Notes: generated by a model from the letters alone, not told the origin. 63,572 nt of DNA, filler included, from Aduncisulcus paluster (GCA_024181965.1; 11 parts of 11 records of this genome joined end to end with filler, not necessarily neighbours in it); one strand, 5' to 3'; positions 44,965 through 57,262 are shown, numbered from the whole stretch's first letter. A program made the numbers and translations.

Positions 44965-46589
44965 ATGAGTTCTTCCTCAACAATTCAAATCATTGAACCA
45001 GAGTTTATTCATTGGGGAACAGGAGTTTTTTGTCCAATTCCCCGAGATTCCCCCAATATTAAAGCTCCATCATTTCCATCTATAATAGCTTGCGATGAAA
45101 CGAGCAGTGAACAAGATGACTATCGATCTGGATTTGTACAAGAGATTATTCAAGGAAGTCAGTATAACAAGACTTATACCCATATATCCATTCCATTCTC
45201 TTCATCTTCCTCAATGAAGGGTGCATATTTTTGTATTAACAACGATAGTATTCCATCGCATCTTCTCCTCACTCTCAAATCTTCAAAGGGAGAGAGAATA
45301 TCCAAGAAATACGATTTTTCTGAATTTAAAGTCGGTCCAAAAGAGAGAAAGAATGTTTTGAAATCGAATCCATATTTTTTACAAAGACAGAAACTTCCGA
45401 GGAAATTAAAATTCGTGAAGCCAGAGAAATTGCCTTTAAGAAACTGTGGTCTGAAGCTGAATTTATTAAATCAGAGTTTGTACAGGAAGGATACAGTACT
45501 TCTATTCCCATTGCTTTTGATGCCCCAACGGTCGTCGTTCCTTCATTCTCAATGGTTAAGGGCAAGGATGATTCCTATTGTAAGGAATCTAAGTTTTATG
45601 ATAGGAGTTCAGATGCACAAAGAATGCTAAAAGGGGATGATCGTGTATTTTCATCCCATCTTTCTATTCCTTTTCCATCACCTAGTCCTATGAAAGGTGC
45701 TTATTTTTGTAGTTATGAAATAGGATATTCTCCATGTCTTCTCTTCACTTTCACTCATTCTGATGGTACAAAAACATCAAAAAAATATGAATTTTCTAAA
45801 TTTAAACATAAATATGAATGGCACTTCCTTCCTATTGATTTAGATAATGTCATATTGTGTGAGATTGAAGGGAAAGGATTTCACCCTAATTGCAGGATTT
45901 TTGAAATCGATTGCCTTGTTTTCATAAGAGAAGAAACCCCCGAGGAACTCAAAGCTCGTGAAGCCAGAGAGAAACTCTCGGCTGAAGCTCCAGTTGTGAA
46001 ACCAGAGTTTATTAAGGAAGGAGATGGAGAATCTTATGGTAGAGATTCTATTCCAATTTCACGTGATAATCCAATTCTTATAGATCCTTCATTCTCAATG
46101 GTTAATGGCAAGAATGATTGCTATTGTAAGGAATCCGAGTGGTATGATAAGAGTTCAAGAGCACAAAAAATGTTAAAATGGGAAGGTGATGTATTATTAT
46201 CCCATCTTTCCATCCCTTTTCCGTCACCTAGTCCAATGAAAGGTGCCTATATCTGTGTGAATAACGGTTATAGTTCTCCCTCTCTTCTCTTCACTTTCAC
46301 TGATTGTGATGGCAAGAAGACATCCAAGAAGTATGAATTCACAAAACCTGAACATGACTATGAATGGCACTTCCTTCCTATTGATTTGATGAATGTTGTT
46401 TTGTGTGAGATTGAAGGGAAAATATGGAGTTTTTCGGGTGATATCGATGAAGACGAACCTGAAAAGGAAGAGAAGCAGCGATATTTCTCCATTTATTCCC
46501 TTGTTTTCATCAAATTTCATGAATATATAGAGCCTGAAGAACGAATTGAAAGAGTCCAACCTAAATTTATTACTTTTGGTTTTGTCTAA
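44965..46589 (+). pseudogene. 'SIPFPSPSPMKGAY' repeat-family member (three ~170-aa units), frameshifted by an internal deletion near 45335
   Basis: Unit 1 lacks the WYFLPVDL..VLLCEI.GKG segment present in the paralog at 56362, and the frame shifts there. The other frame resumes REKECFEIESIFF and joins ORF 45552-46589. Confidence 0.75.
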
Positions 46590-47245
46590 TTCGACAAATT
46601 AGCTTCAGCCAATATAATATATATATATAATCCGAGTAAAATGACAAATTGTCTGAATATAACCCTTTGAATAATATGGATATAACTTCTATTTCCTCTG
46701 AGAATGTGTAAAAATCCAATTATTAAATTTCCAGATATATGGCGTGAATCCCATTGAACGCACCAAAATTTGTCAATTCAAACAATTTAAATAGATTTAA
46801 AAAATGAAAAAGTATATAAAATATTCCTTTCTATCTTTCAAATGCAATATCGAAATATCATTTTTCTAGAGAGGTGAAATGTGATAATTTTGAATATCAA
46901 GAGGCAAATAATTCAGTTATTATATTAGAGGAACACATAGATTGTTTTAGTATATCAGTAAATTGAATAATTAACCCAAAATAATCAAAATTAAATCTAA
47001 CTCACAAAACTAAATGATATAAGTTTTATTTATTTACAAATGAAAGTAAAAATGATAAGTAGTTATTAATTAGAATAAATTATTACTATAGTATCTGTTG
47101 TCACCCGGTAGTTGCATTTTCTATCCTCTCACCATTGCATAATCCATATATAAACATAAAATGAGAAATTTAAGATAAACATCCTTCTTGATTCTCAGTG
47201 CGAAAGGAAAAGAGGCGAAAGAGAAATGATATTGCAATTCATCAG

Positions 47246-47291
47246 AAATTCCAACTTGGAATTTTGACTTGAAGTCACGAAGAAACCGTTT
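47246..47291. repeat. Cluster of three single-C/G-centred palindromes
   Basis: AAATTCCAA-c-TTGGAATTT, TGACTT-g-AAGTCA, AAAC-c-GTTT. Confidence 0.85.
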
Positions 47292-47377
47292 TGGTTAAAC
47301 GTGGTACATTCCTTGAGTGTTCCATGCTCTCAGTCGATTTCCCTCTCTCTTTTTCTCAAATATTCTAAAAATAGAAA

Positions 47378-48974
47378 TCATTCCTTCCCCCTAAGACGTT
47401 TCTCGAAGCAATACAATTCACGGGAGAGTGTATTTAAAGCAGTATAATTGGGGATTGGTGGTTGCTTTTTCCTCTCTTCTTCCTCTTCTTTCCTCCTCTG
47501 TTTCTCAATATAATATAGTTCCCCACGTTGTAATTCTTCCTCTTCACGCTTTCGTGACTTTTCCTGCATTTTCTTTCTCATCTGTAATCTATTTTCGATC
47601 AATCCAACTTTTTTCCGTACAACATCATCCATTCGTTGTTTTTCAACTTTTGACTCATAGTCCTCTTTTAACTGTTTNNNNNNNNNNNNNNNNNNNNAGA
47701 AATCATTCCTTCCCCCTAAGACGTTTCTCGAAGCAATACAATTCACGGGAGAGTGTATTTAAAGCAGTATAATTGGGGATTGGTGGTTGCTTTTTCCTCT
47801 CTTCTTCCTCTTCTTTCCTCCTCTGTTTCTCAATATAATATAGTTCCCCACGTTGTAATTCTTCCTCTTCACGCTTTCGTGACTTTTCCTGCATTTTCTT
47901 TCTCATCTGTAATCTATTTTCGATCAATCCAACTTTTTTCCGTACAACATCATCCATTCGTTGTTTTTCAACTTTTGACTCATAGTCCTCTTTTAACTGT
48001 TTGAATTTACGTTTATCACGACCTCGATGATAATCCAGAGATGGTTTTCCAATTATTCCTTGCGGCTTAATATGCGAAGAAAACAAGGGAGAAAGGTGCG
48101 TAACAGTCTCGACGTGTTCTCTGGGTACACCTGACCCATAGCCAGCAGCAGAGGGACTCATAGGAGTAGGAATACCATTCATTGATGTGTGTATGGCTCC
48201 AGAGCCAGAAGAAAGGGAAGAATCGGTGTCAGACATAACAACCCTTATATTAACAGGACGCTCTTCTTCCCGTTCCACCCTAGAATCCAAGAATAAAGGA
48301 TCCAAATGTGTAGAACACACTGAAATAGCACCTTTCCGCCCAGAACGAGTCCTTGATCTTGGACGACGCAAACAACCTTTGCAAAGACTTGACTTCGATC
48401 GATGTCCGATTCTGCTTGGAACATACTCATCCTCACACATAGATTCCTTGTGTTTCTTCAACTCTTGGGATAGAAGAGTGGAAAATAGCTGTTGTTGACC
48501 GTTAGATAAGGACAAAGACATTAAATATGGTGATCTGAGTCTGCGTTTTTTAGAGTAACTGCCTCCCGAAGTCTTTCCATCTCCAGCAAGATCTTCCTCA
48601 AGACCTACAACAGAATCAATGGGGCCATTGCCAAAGGCTTTGAGATCTTTGGAAGGAATACTTATACTCCGTGAACCAGATGCACTTCCTTGTCTTGATT
48701 TCCATGAGGGAGACTTGAGCATCGTGTCCTCCCCGATGGTCTTAGCGACAGATTGGAGAGTATTCGTTGATTTCACACACGACTCACTCATATCGTCCAA
48801 TCCTTCAATATGCATCCGGTCAGGCTCAGTTCCATCGACAAAATGAGCAGAATTAACAATGGATTGAACTCCAGAAGTGGCAGCATCAATTTCACTTACA
48901 TATCGAAGAATACGCTCCGTTTTGCTTCCACTGACACATTCGTGGACAATCAAAGATGGAGAAAGTCTTGGATT
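47378..48974 (-). CDS. Hypothetical protein, C-terminal part with charged coiled-coil tail
   Basis: Open from the contig edge; the 3' end is duplicated across the 47678-47697 gap (artefact). Confidence 0.7.
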
Positions 48975-49074
48975 NNNNNNNNNNNNNNNNNNNNNNNNNN
49001 NNNNNNNNNNNNNNNNNNTTAATTAATTAANNNNNNNNNNNNNNNNNNNNNNNNNNNNNNNNNNNNNNNNNNNN

Positions 49075-50807
49075 GAAGTGGCATCCTTAATACCAATGAT
49101 ATAGACATCAAATTTTTCCCTCAACTTTTTCATTTCCTCCCTGGTTACTCTCTCATCAGATTCTCTGTTCGCACCATCCGTGAACAAAATGAGAACGTTC
49201 CCATAGTCTCGCTTCCGAAGAGATCTACGGGCATATTGAAGACCCTTGGAGAAGATGGTCTCTCCAGATGGACGTGTTTCTTTCAACTTCGAGAGCCATG
49301 AACGTCCGTTGTAAGGAGTAAGTTTCTCTTGATGAGGCAATTTGACCCTGGCACAGTCATCATTAAATGTACACACACTCAATAGATGGGGACATGAACG
49401 GTGTGGGAATTTCGCTGCCAAAGTATCAATGACACCAGATTGCAACGCGTTGATCAGACAATCCTTGCGAGTCTTGGTTTCAGACTTGTCGGCTGAGATC
49501 TCGGCATTCATACTTCCACTGTAGTCGAGCAAGAAGATAAAGTTCGTGCGATCATACTTCTTAGATGGGACCATGTGGATCTCACTCAGAAGGTTTTGCT
49601 TAAATCTATCCTTCACATCCAATGGGAAGTCCACTTGCACATCATGCCGACGCTTTCTCTTGAATTGTGCTTGGAGCCAAATGGCACAATTTTGAATCCA
49701 GATCGAGGTTCCCTTTGCCTTGAAGTCGATAAAGAGTTTCGTGAAGGCCGTATCAATGATCATGGAACCACATCGAGATCCAGTTGGTGACAGATAGATC
49801 AACGATCCAGGCTGTGGCATTGCACCCTTTCTCATCCTGTCATTTGTGTTGACGAAAGCGTATTCAAATGGAACAAGATCGGACTTTGATCTGCAATTGA
49901 ATGTGGCAATGGTCTTGCCCTCAAAACATTTCTCAAGACGAGCATACACATCGAAGGAATTGCTACTGCTGTTCATTGCAGAGTTCTTTATGAACTTACC
50001 ATATGGGATTATCTTCCCTGACAGATAGTCTTTCTCTTCCCCTTCAGTCATTTTCTTGATGATTCCTCCCCCAACATATGATTCCTCAGATACACGCAGT
50101 CTTGTCCTGAACTTTCCACTTTGTCCTTCCCCATCCTCAATCTTGTCAAATTCCACCTTTTCGAGGAACAAGTTCAACTCATGGTATGTGTCATTCTCTG
50201 GCAACCAGAAGATACACCCTGATCTCCTCCAGAATTCTATCAGAGCATCAATGAAGACATCCTGTCTGACTGGGCTCGCTGGTGCACCTGTCGCTGGATC
50301 AATTGGAAGCATTCCTTTCTGACTTGGGATGACCCATGCAACACCATACTTTCCACTGAGTAGACGTTCGATGGCATCTTCATAGTTCATCACAACATCA
50401 TACCCAATGTGATGGAAGTCGAGAATGGCACCTGGAGAAACAAACTTCCCGTCAGATTCTTCTTTCTTCTCTTTTCTTGAAAAAGGTTTCCGAGAGAACA
50501 CTTCTTTCGTCACAAGCCTATCCGTTTCAGGGTCAAGATGTTTCGTGACAGAATAATCGAAAAGCATGACAATGAGGACCTTATATCCCTTGAAATTGTA
50601 CTCTGAGATATTCACATTGAGATTATCAAGTTCCCCATGTTCATCCTTTTTGTCGGACTTGTCCTGGGCATCAACTTTGATAAGCCTCAGAACATCATGC
50701 TCACATCTCGCATCGACCTTGTTGTGAACACTCGTGAAAGGGGAGGAGAGAATTCTATTGAGCATCAATTCACTGCAATCCTTCTTGTCAACAAGGAACT
50801 GGGAACG
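49075..50807 (-). CDS. von Willebrand factor A domain protein, partial at both ends
   Basis: MIDAS motif FIFLLDYSGSM, PSGETIF..GL, VLILFTDG, VYIIGI; preceded by an unassigned alpha/beta domain. Confidence 0.85.
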
Positions 50808-50907
50808 NNNNNNNNNNNNNNNNNNNNNNNNNNNNNNNNNNNNNNNNNNNNTTAATTAATTAANNNNNNNNNNNNNNNNNNNNNNNNNNNNNNNNNNNNN
50901 NNNNNNN

Positions 50908-51198
50908 CTTACAGAAATGCTCGGCAAGAGAGCAGCAACGGTGATCGAAATCATAGCAAGGGGAAAATGGATACCAAGGAGAAAAATATTGAGAAGATGG
51001 ACGTATTGTTCGAGATTCTTTGTCGACAAATATAAATAAAGGGGAATTGTGGAACGACAAACACGGTGAGTTCAAAGAATCTTCGACAGAGAAAGAGCCA
51101 AAGGATGAAAAAAGAGAATCGTTGGAGTTGACAAATAAATTAGGAAAGGGCATTTTCGATATAAAATGATCGTTTTGATGGTTGGAAAATGCAGACAT
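50908..51198 (-). CDS. Possible N-terminal fragment of a hypothetical protein
   Basis: ATG-initiated ORF running into the linker; no motif. Confidence 0.3.
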
Positions 51199-51906
51199 TC
51201 TTGGCCGTGGGGATGGTTTAAAGGGGTAAAAACAATAAAAGCAGACTTATACGACGAAATGCAGGTTAATGTGAGTAAATAATCTTGTTAATCGGGGTAT
51301 ATGGGCAATTAATACATACTTTCGAGCAACTTGAAATGTCAGATGTTTTTCAAACTGGAGGAAATGCTTGAGGATGTTGCGTGAGTTATATTATTGAGGT
51401 GACATAAGATGAGAACAATGGAACGACGATACATGAACATGTTCTTATTTGTTCCACGAGAATATAAAATAGTTTGGCGAGAGTCCCACTAAAGGAGGCG
51501 CTGGAGTCCATTCTTTGGAGTTGTCTCTTATAAAGCTCATTTCCTTGCTTCAGAAATATATGGATCGTGTTTTCCCATCTTTATTGTTTATTAATTGCAT
51601 CCATGAATCCAGATTGACAACAATTTTCAATGTACAGGCTTGATTTCCTTATGATAAAGGACAACTTATGCTATTGGGGGGATTACTGAAGTAATTTCAT
51701 TGAAGTTCGTGACATTATGAGTTATGAATCTGGATCTTCAATGGTAAATATAATGTAATATTGATACAACCGTGACAGCTTGTCTTGAAATGTAAAAACA
51801 TGAATATTTCTGTATCTGTTGATTGGGTGAGGCTGAAAAGAAATTGTCCGACTCTCAACTGTGGCTGGGTGGATGGATAGTGTGGTGGTTAAAGAGAAAG
51901 CAACAG

Positions 51907-52692
51907 ATGGAGAAAGCTAAAACATGCTTCCCTCCGAGAGAATCTCTCGATCATCCAGATATGGTATCACATCTCGATGCTTTTCCCTACAAATCAATGA
52001 CAGAGAAAGTTGTCAAGTTGAAGATGCGAAACAAAGATCTTATTGATATGATGGAGCGTGGAGGACCAAAATCAAAATCGATTGGTGTTCAGAAAGATGA
52101 CTCTGAACGCATTTCGCACATTTCGTCGCTCCGAACTCAACTTGCGACTGCTCGGCAACAAGTTAACTATTACAATTATCAGTGTGATCTGTTGCAGGAG
52201 AAATTGGAAGGAAGGGCTCCGATTCCGATCAGAGATATCGTATTTGGTCGTCATGGAGTTGCTCCCTTAAGCGTTTGTGGTGTTGGGTCTGAACAGAAAG
52301 AGATGTGTCTTGATGCTAAGGAAGATATAGAAATGTCTGAATCCGTTTCTGACCAAGACAATGACTCATGGATGAAGGATGGTGTCAAGGGAATTCAAGG
52401 TCTGTCAACCCCTGCGAAACTCTTCCAAATGCATGAAGCAGATCGGTTGATTCAGCGAAAGAAAGAGAAGAACGATGGGAGAAGACCTTCTTTATGTGTG
52501 GGAGAAGAGCAATCACTTCAGACAACGGTTTCAGTGAAACCCCTCCCAATTTATTCCTCCATTCTTGATGCACATGATGAAAAAGTCCAAAATACTAATA
52601 ATAAATGTGCATGGCTCTTGTTGAATCGACCTCTAAGCTGTTTGCCTTTCCTGCTCTTTAATAATAACATATATTTCTGGTTTAAAATTTAA
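51907..52692 (+). CDS. Hypothetical protein with a short coiled coil
   Basis: ORF of about 260 aa from ATG 51907 (frame open from 51823); no recognisable motif. Confidence 0.45.
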   Translation: MEKAKTCFPPRESLDHPDMVSHLDAFPYKSMTEKVVKLKMRNKDLIDMMERGGPKSKSIGVQKDDSERISHISSLRTQLATARQQVNYYNYQCDLLQEKLEGRAPIPIRDIVFGRHGVAPLSVCGVGSEQKEMCLDAKEDIEMSESVSDQDNDSWMKDGVKGIQGLSTPAKLFQMHEADRLIQRKKEKNDGRRPSLCVGEEQSLQTTVSVKPLPIYSSILDAHDEKVQNTNNKCAWLLLNRPLSCLPFLLFNNNIYFWFKI

Positions 52693-53411
52693 TTTTAATA
52701 TCAAATGCATTGTTCCTTATCAGAGGTATCTCCCATTGTGTTTTCATATGAGATCTTACTGAGCTTATGTGATCCCATCTTCAATCGAAAATAGATCAAC
52801 ATTGAATCTCCCTTTTTCTTGCGAAAGTATCAAGTGTCACTCTCGAAGTAGGTTCATATGCGTTGTTTTTATAACGAATTGGATCATTACTTTGGGGAAG
52901 TTCCTCGGACCGCTTCTCTGAAAGAGAGAGTCTGCGAAGACCGTCTAGTCGGATAGTTCAAGCGAATTTAGGATGAAGATGAGGGTATTTGTATAATTAA
53001 ATTGAATTATTTGAGCTTACGATGCTTCTTGGAATCCATGTTTGATGTGATTCGATTAGTTTTGTCAAAACACAGTTATTGTGACATCTCCTAACCACTG
53101 GAGAAACCCAACGGGGGCCATTCTGAATACTTTTGCCATATTTCTGATTTAAGATGATATTTTTATCTCATTTTTCGTTGTTGAATCAAATGATATGATC
53201 AATCATGCTGTAGAGAGGCTATCTCCATTCATATCAAAATAGTAAAGGTGTCTAATAATGATAAAATGNNNNNNNNNNNNNNNNNNNNNNNNNNNNNNNN
53301 NNNNNNNNNNNNTTAATTAATTAANNNNNNNNNNNNNNNNNNNNNNNNNNNNNNNNNNNNNNNNNNNNAACCACTTGTTATCCATTCGAGACATATTCAA
53401 TCCTTGTTTGC

Positions 53412-54581
53412 ATGATTCCATCACCTGGAAGTCCAGAAAGGGCTTTTTCTATTTATAAAAAGCATGTCAAACAGACGACTCGAGAGAGAATTGCCTATGC
53501 AATTCTGTTTTTTGGTGTGAATCCTAAGATGGCTGCTACTTCTTTATTAGTGACAAGAAGAACCATTCAGAATTGGGTTAATTCATTTTTTAAGAAACCT
53601 AAAGCTATTGATAGAAGTCATTTATTAAAATTGAATGATCATGAGTGTGAATGGCTGAAATCTGTGCTAGATGAGAACCCCCGGCTTTTTTTAGACGAAA
53701 TTGCCCAATTAATTTATGAACGATTTAGAAAGAAAATAAGTACAACCACTGTTTTTAGAATAATTCGATATAGACTTGGATATACAAGAAGGCGAATTTG
53801 TACCAGAGCCAAGCAAATCCTTAAGATGGATATTCATAGATATGAAACGATTTTGCAGAAGAAATACAAATATGCAAGGAGACTTTATTTTGTTGACGAG
53901 GTCGGCGTGAGAGGACACGAGCTGACCCGACAATATGGATATTTTTTGAAAGGCACAAGACCTGAGATCAAAGAAACATTTGGAAGAATGCCAAACATAA
54001 CATATGTATGTTATCTCGGCTTTAATGGGTTTAAAGGAATATATGAACATAATGGAGCCGTAGGGCAACTAGATTTTGCCACAACACTAATTGACTTCGT
54101 AAAGAGAAACGGACCATTTCCACCATCATCCATTTTAATCATGGATAATGCAACGCCGCATAACTCTTTTTTTTGTCAAGAATTGTACGATGCGATGGAT
54201 TTCGCGAGAGATTCTGGCTTGGAGCTAATATCACTCCCTAAGTTCGCTCCATTTCTCAATCCAATTGAAAATCTTTTTGGAATCATAAAAAACAAGGTGC
54301 GAAAATGGACAGCCAAAGTTGATATTGATTCATTTAGTTATAAATTATTGTCAGAATTAGTGCGTGCGGGTTTTCTGAGATTCTCACGCTTTTCCTGTAT
54401 TGATCTTTTCAGATCTTGTGGATATCACCTCAAATGTTATAAGAGAAGTGCAGCTACGCAACGTGAACTAAGAATTGATATCCCACAAACCAGACCAACT
54501 CGTCCTTTCGCAACAAGAAAAGAAGCCAAACATGTTGGATTTACATTTAAGAATGGGGAAATAACACCGATTTTAGAATAA
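53412..54581 (+). mobile_element. IS630/Tc1-mariner superfamily DDE transposase, intact ORF (389 aa)
   Basis: HTH (TRRTIQNWV), winged helix (ENPRLFLDEIA...ISTTTVFR), and catalytic motifs YFVDEVG, ILIMDNATPH, LPKFAPFLNPIENLF. Confidence 0.93.
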
Positions 54582-54646
54582 ACCAATGTCAGTAACACTT
54601 TCATGCTCTACTAGAGATAAATAGTATTTATTGTCATTGAAATAAT

Positions 54647-54787
54647 TTAACCTTCTTCTTCTTCCTCATCCTCATCGTTATGATCTACAATACTGGTTTC
54701 AGAAGCAATTTCTGCGAGCATGCTCTCAATCTTTGTCTCTAAAAATGCTTGAAGTTCCGGGATAAACTCTAATAACGAAAATGGAAC
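54647..54787 (-). CDS. 3' end of a gene convergent with the transposase (acidic tail)
   Basis: Hand translation from the contig edge: VPFSLLEFIPELQAFLETKIESMLAEIASETSIVDHNDEDEEEEG*. Confidence 0.6.
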   Translation of the reverse strand, partial: VPFSLLEFIPELQAFLETKIESMLAEIASETSIVDHNDEDEEEEEG

Positions 54788-54887
54788 NNNNNNNNNNNNN
54801 NNNNNNNNNNNNNNNNNNNNNNNNNNNNNNNTTAATTAATTAANNNNNNNNNNNNNNNNNNNNNNNNNNNNNNNNNNNNNNNNNNNN

Positions 54888-55181
54888 GTCCAATTATCCC
54901 ATCTTTCCATCCCTTTCCCATCACCTAGTCCCATGAAAGGTGCTTATATCTGTGTGAGTAAGTTTAATAGTTCACCCTCTCTTCTCTTCACTTTCACTGA
55001 TTGTGATGGTAAGGAGATATTCAAGAAGTATGAATACACAAGACCTAAACATGATTATGAATGGCACTTCCTTCCTATTGATTTGGATAATGTTGTATTG
55101 TGTGAGATTGAAGGGAAAGGAACGTGGATGGAGAAGAATAGTCGATGTTTCACGATCTACTCCCTATTTTTTTCAATATAG
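54888..55181 (+). CDS. 3' fragment of a 'SIPFPSPSPMKGAY' repeat-family member
   Basis: VQLSHLSIPFPSPSPMKGAYICV...YEWHFLPIDLDNVVLCEIEGKG, near-identical to unit 3 of the 44965 copy. Confidence 0.8.
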   Translation, partial: VQLSHLSIPFPSPSPMKGAYICVSKFNSSPSLLFTFTDCDGKEIFKKYEYTRPKHDYEWHFLPIDLDNVVLCEIEGKGTWMEKNSRCFTIYSLFFSI

Positions 55182-56361
55182 ATGAGGAAATAATTGCAGT
55201 GGAGTGATCATCTCTACTTCCATGGAAATAATCCAAGGATTATTATGTTGTCTGCAAAGAAAGACATTGTACTTTTATTCCCTTGCGTGTCAGCTGACAC
55301 GGTGTCAGTCTTCTCAGAAATAGTCGTTTGACAGATGTCTGAGATGAATCATATCGCAATGATGGATGTAGAATCTACATTGTAGATGTTGGTTGGAGAT
55401 GTTGTTGAAGGAGACAAACATGTGGTTTGACTGTTGTGAATGTGATACAAGCGATTCTGAATATTGAAATAAAGGATAAAATGAAGTAATAATAAAACAA
55501 ACCAATACGATACATTATCCGTCCATCTTTGGAATCAGAATCGAGTTCCTCAGAACGAAAGGCTTTCGAAGGTCAAACAATTAATTAACAAACAATCTTG
55601 GAAGGAATAGTGAAGAATTCATTATAATTATTCATTATTATTCAGCCAGAAAGGCAATTAATGACCACAAACTTGAACAAGAATTAGTGTTGATAATTCC
55701 TTTCTAAGACATGTTACCAAGGAAGTAAACGGGAAAAACTAACTAAAAAAACTAACTGAATTAGATTTTATAAATGAATTATCAATCAAGCAGAGAAGAG
55801 TTGAGAACAATGCGAATCCCAAAGGAAACCAGAAGTATAGCTTCTCTGCCAATAAGTCGATGATATATTCACAATATTCATAGATTTCAACTGCAACTTA
55901 TCGGCACATTATGTCACTTTAGAGTTCAATATGTAAACAAAACTGGGACTTATGAAACGATTTTGTATCAGGAGTGGATTCACAAGGATGGCATGCAATA
56001 TATAATCCAAAGAAAATGTTCATATATTTTTATGTATATATTATGCGATATCAATTTCAAAGGTTGTCAATTGAGAGTTGTAAGTTTGGTGGCCATCTTT
56101 TCCCGCTTTTAGAGCAAATCGTATGTTTACTATATGTCGCATCTTTTATTAAATGTACATTAAGAAATATTTTAACCGGATCCATTCAATTATACTCACT
56201 ATATTGTGCTGTGTGGTCGTGTCTTGTTCGTTTTGTTCGTTTTGTTCGTTTTGTCTTTGTTTCTCGTACTGCCCCCCTTGAAATTCGCGTTGTTGGATAT
56301 TCTCAAATATCTTTGTTCTGTTGGTTTTATTTTTTAGCTATAATATTCTATCTCTATTCAA

Positions 56362-57262
56362 ATGAGTTCATTCACAGATGCTGTTATTCAAACTGTGAAA
56401 CCTGAGTTTATTCATAAAGGATATCGATGGTGCGGTCCAATTTCTAGAGATTCCCGCAATATTAAGAGTGCAGAGCTTCCATCGATCAAAGCAATAGATG
56501 AAAGCAAGGAAGAAGATGATGAAAAGTATGATCAGAGTTCTAATGCACAAAAGATGATGAAAGGAGAGTCGAATAATGGAAATTTTACCCATATTTCCAT
56601 TCCTTTCTCTTCATCTTTCCCAATGAAGGGGGCTTATATATGTCTATTTATCTATTCTTCACCTCCATCACACATTTTCTTCACTCTCACATCTTCAAAG
56701 GGTGAGAAAACATCCAAGAAATACGAATTTCCTGAATTTGAAAGTGGGAATTGGTATTTCCTTCCTGTTGATCTCCCTGATGTTCTTTTGTGTGAGATTA
56801 CAGGGAAAGGAAGAAAGAAAGAGTGGTTTGGAATCGATTCCCTCGTTTTCATTAGAGATGAAACCCCTGAAGAAATCACATCTCGTGAAGCCAGAGAGAA
56901 ACTATGGTCTGAAACTCCAGTTGTGAAACCAGAGTTTGTGAAGGAAGGAGATAAAAATAGTTATGGGATTTTAAATCAAGATTCTATTCCCATTCCACGT
57001 GATGATCCAAAGCTTGTAGATCCTTCATTCTCAATGGTTAAGTGCAAGAATGACAGGTATAGTAAGGAATCTGAGGAGTATGATCAGAGTTTAAAGGCAC
57101 AAAGAATGTTGAAAGGGGAATGTGGTGTTCGCTTATCTCATCTTTCCATCCCTTTCCCATCACCCAGTCCAATGAAAGGTGCTTATATCTGTGTGGGTAA
57201 GAATACAAGTTCACCCTCTCTTCTCTTCACTTTCACTGATTGTTATGGTAAGAAGACATCCA
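56362..57262 (+). CDS. 'SIPFPSPSPMKGAY' repeat-family member, 3'-truncated
   Basis: MSSFTDAVIQTVKPEFIHKG..., with two repeat units visible before the linker. Confidence 0.88.

Noticed and set aside
56224..56255. (TTGTTCGTT)x3 upstream of a family gene, and (TTGATTG)n near 15010
   Set aside because: Ordinary short tandem repeats with no further support for function.
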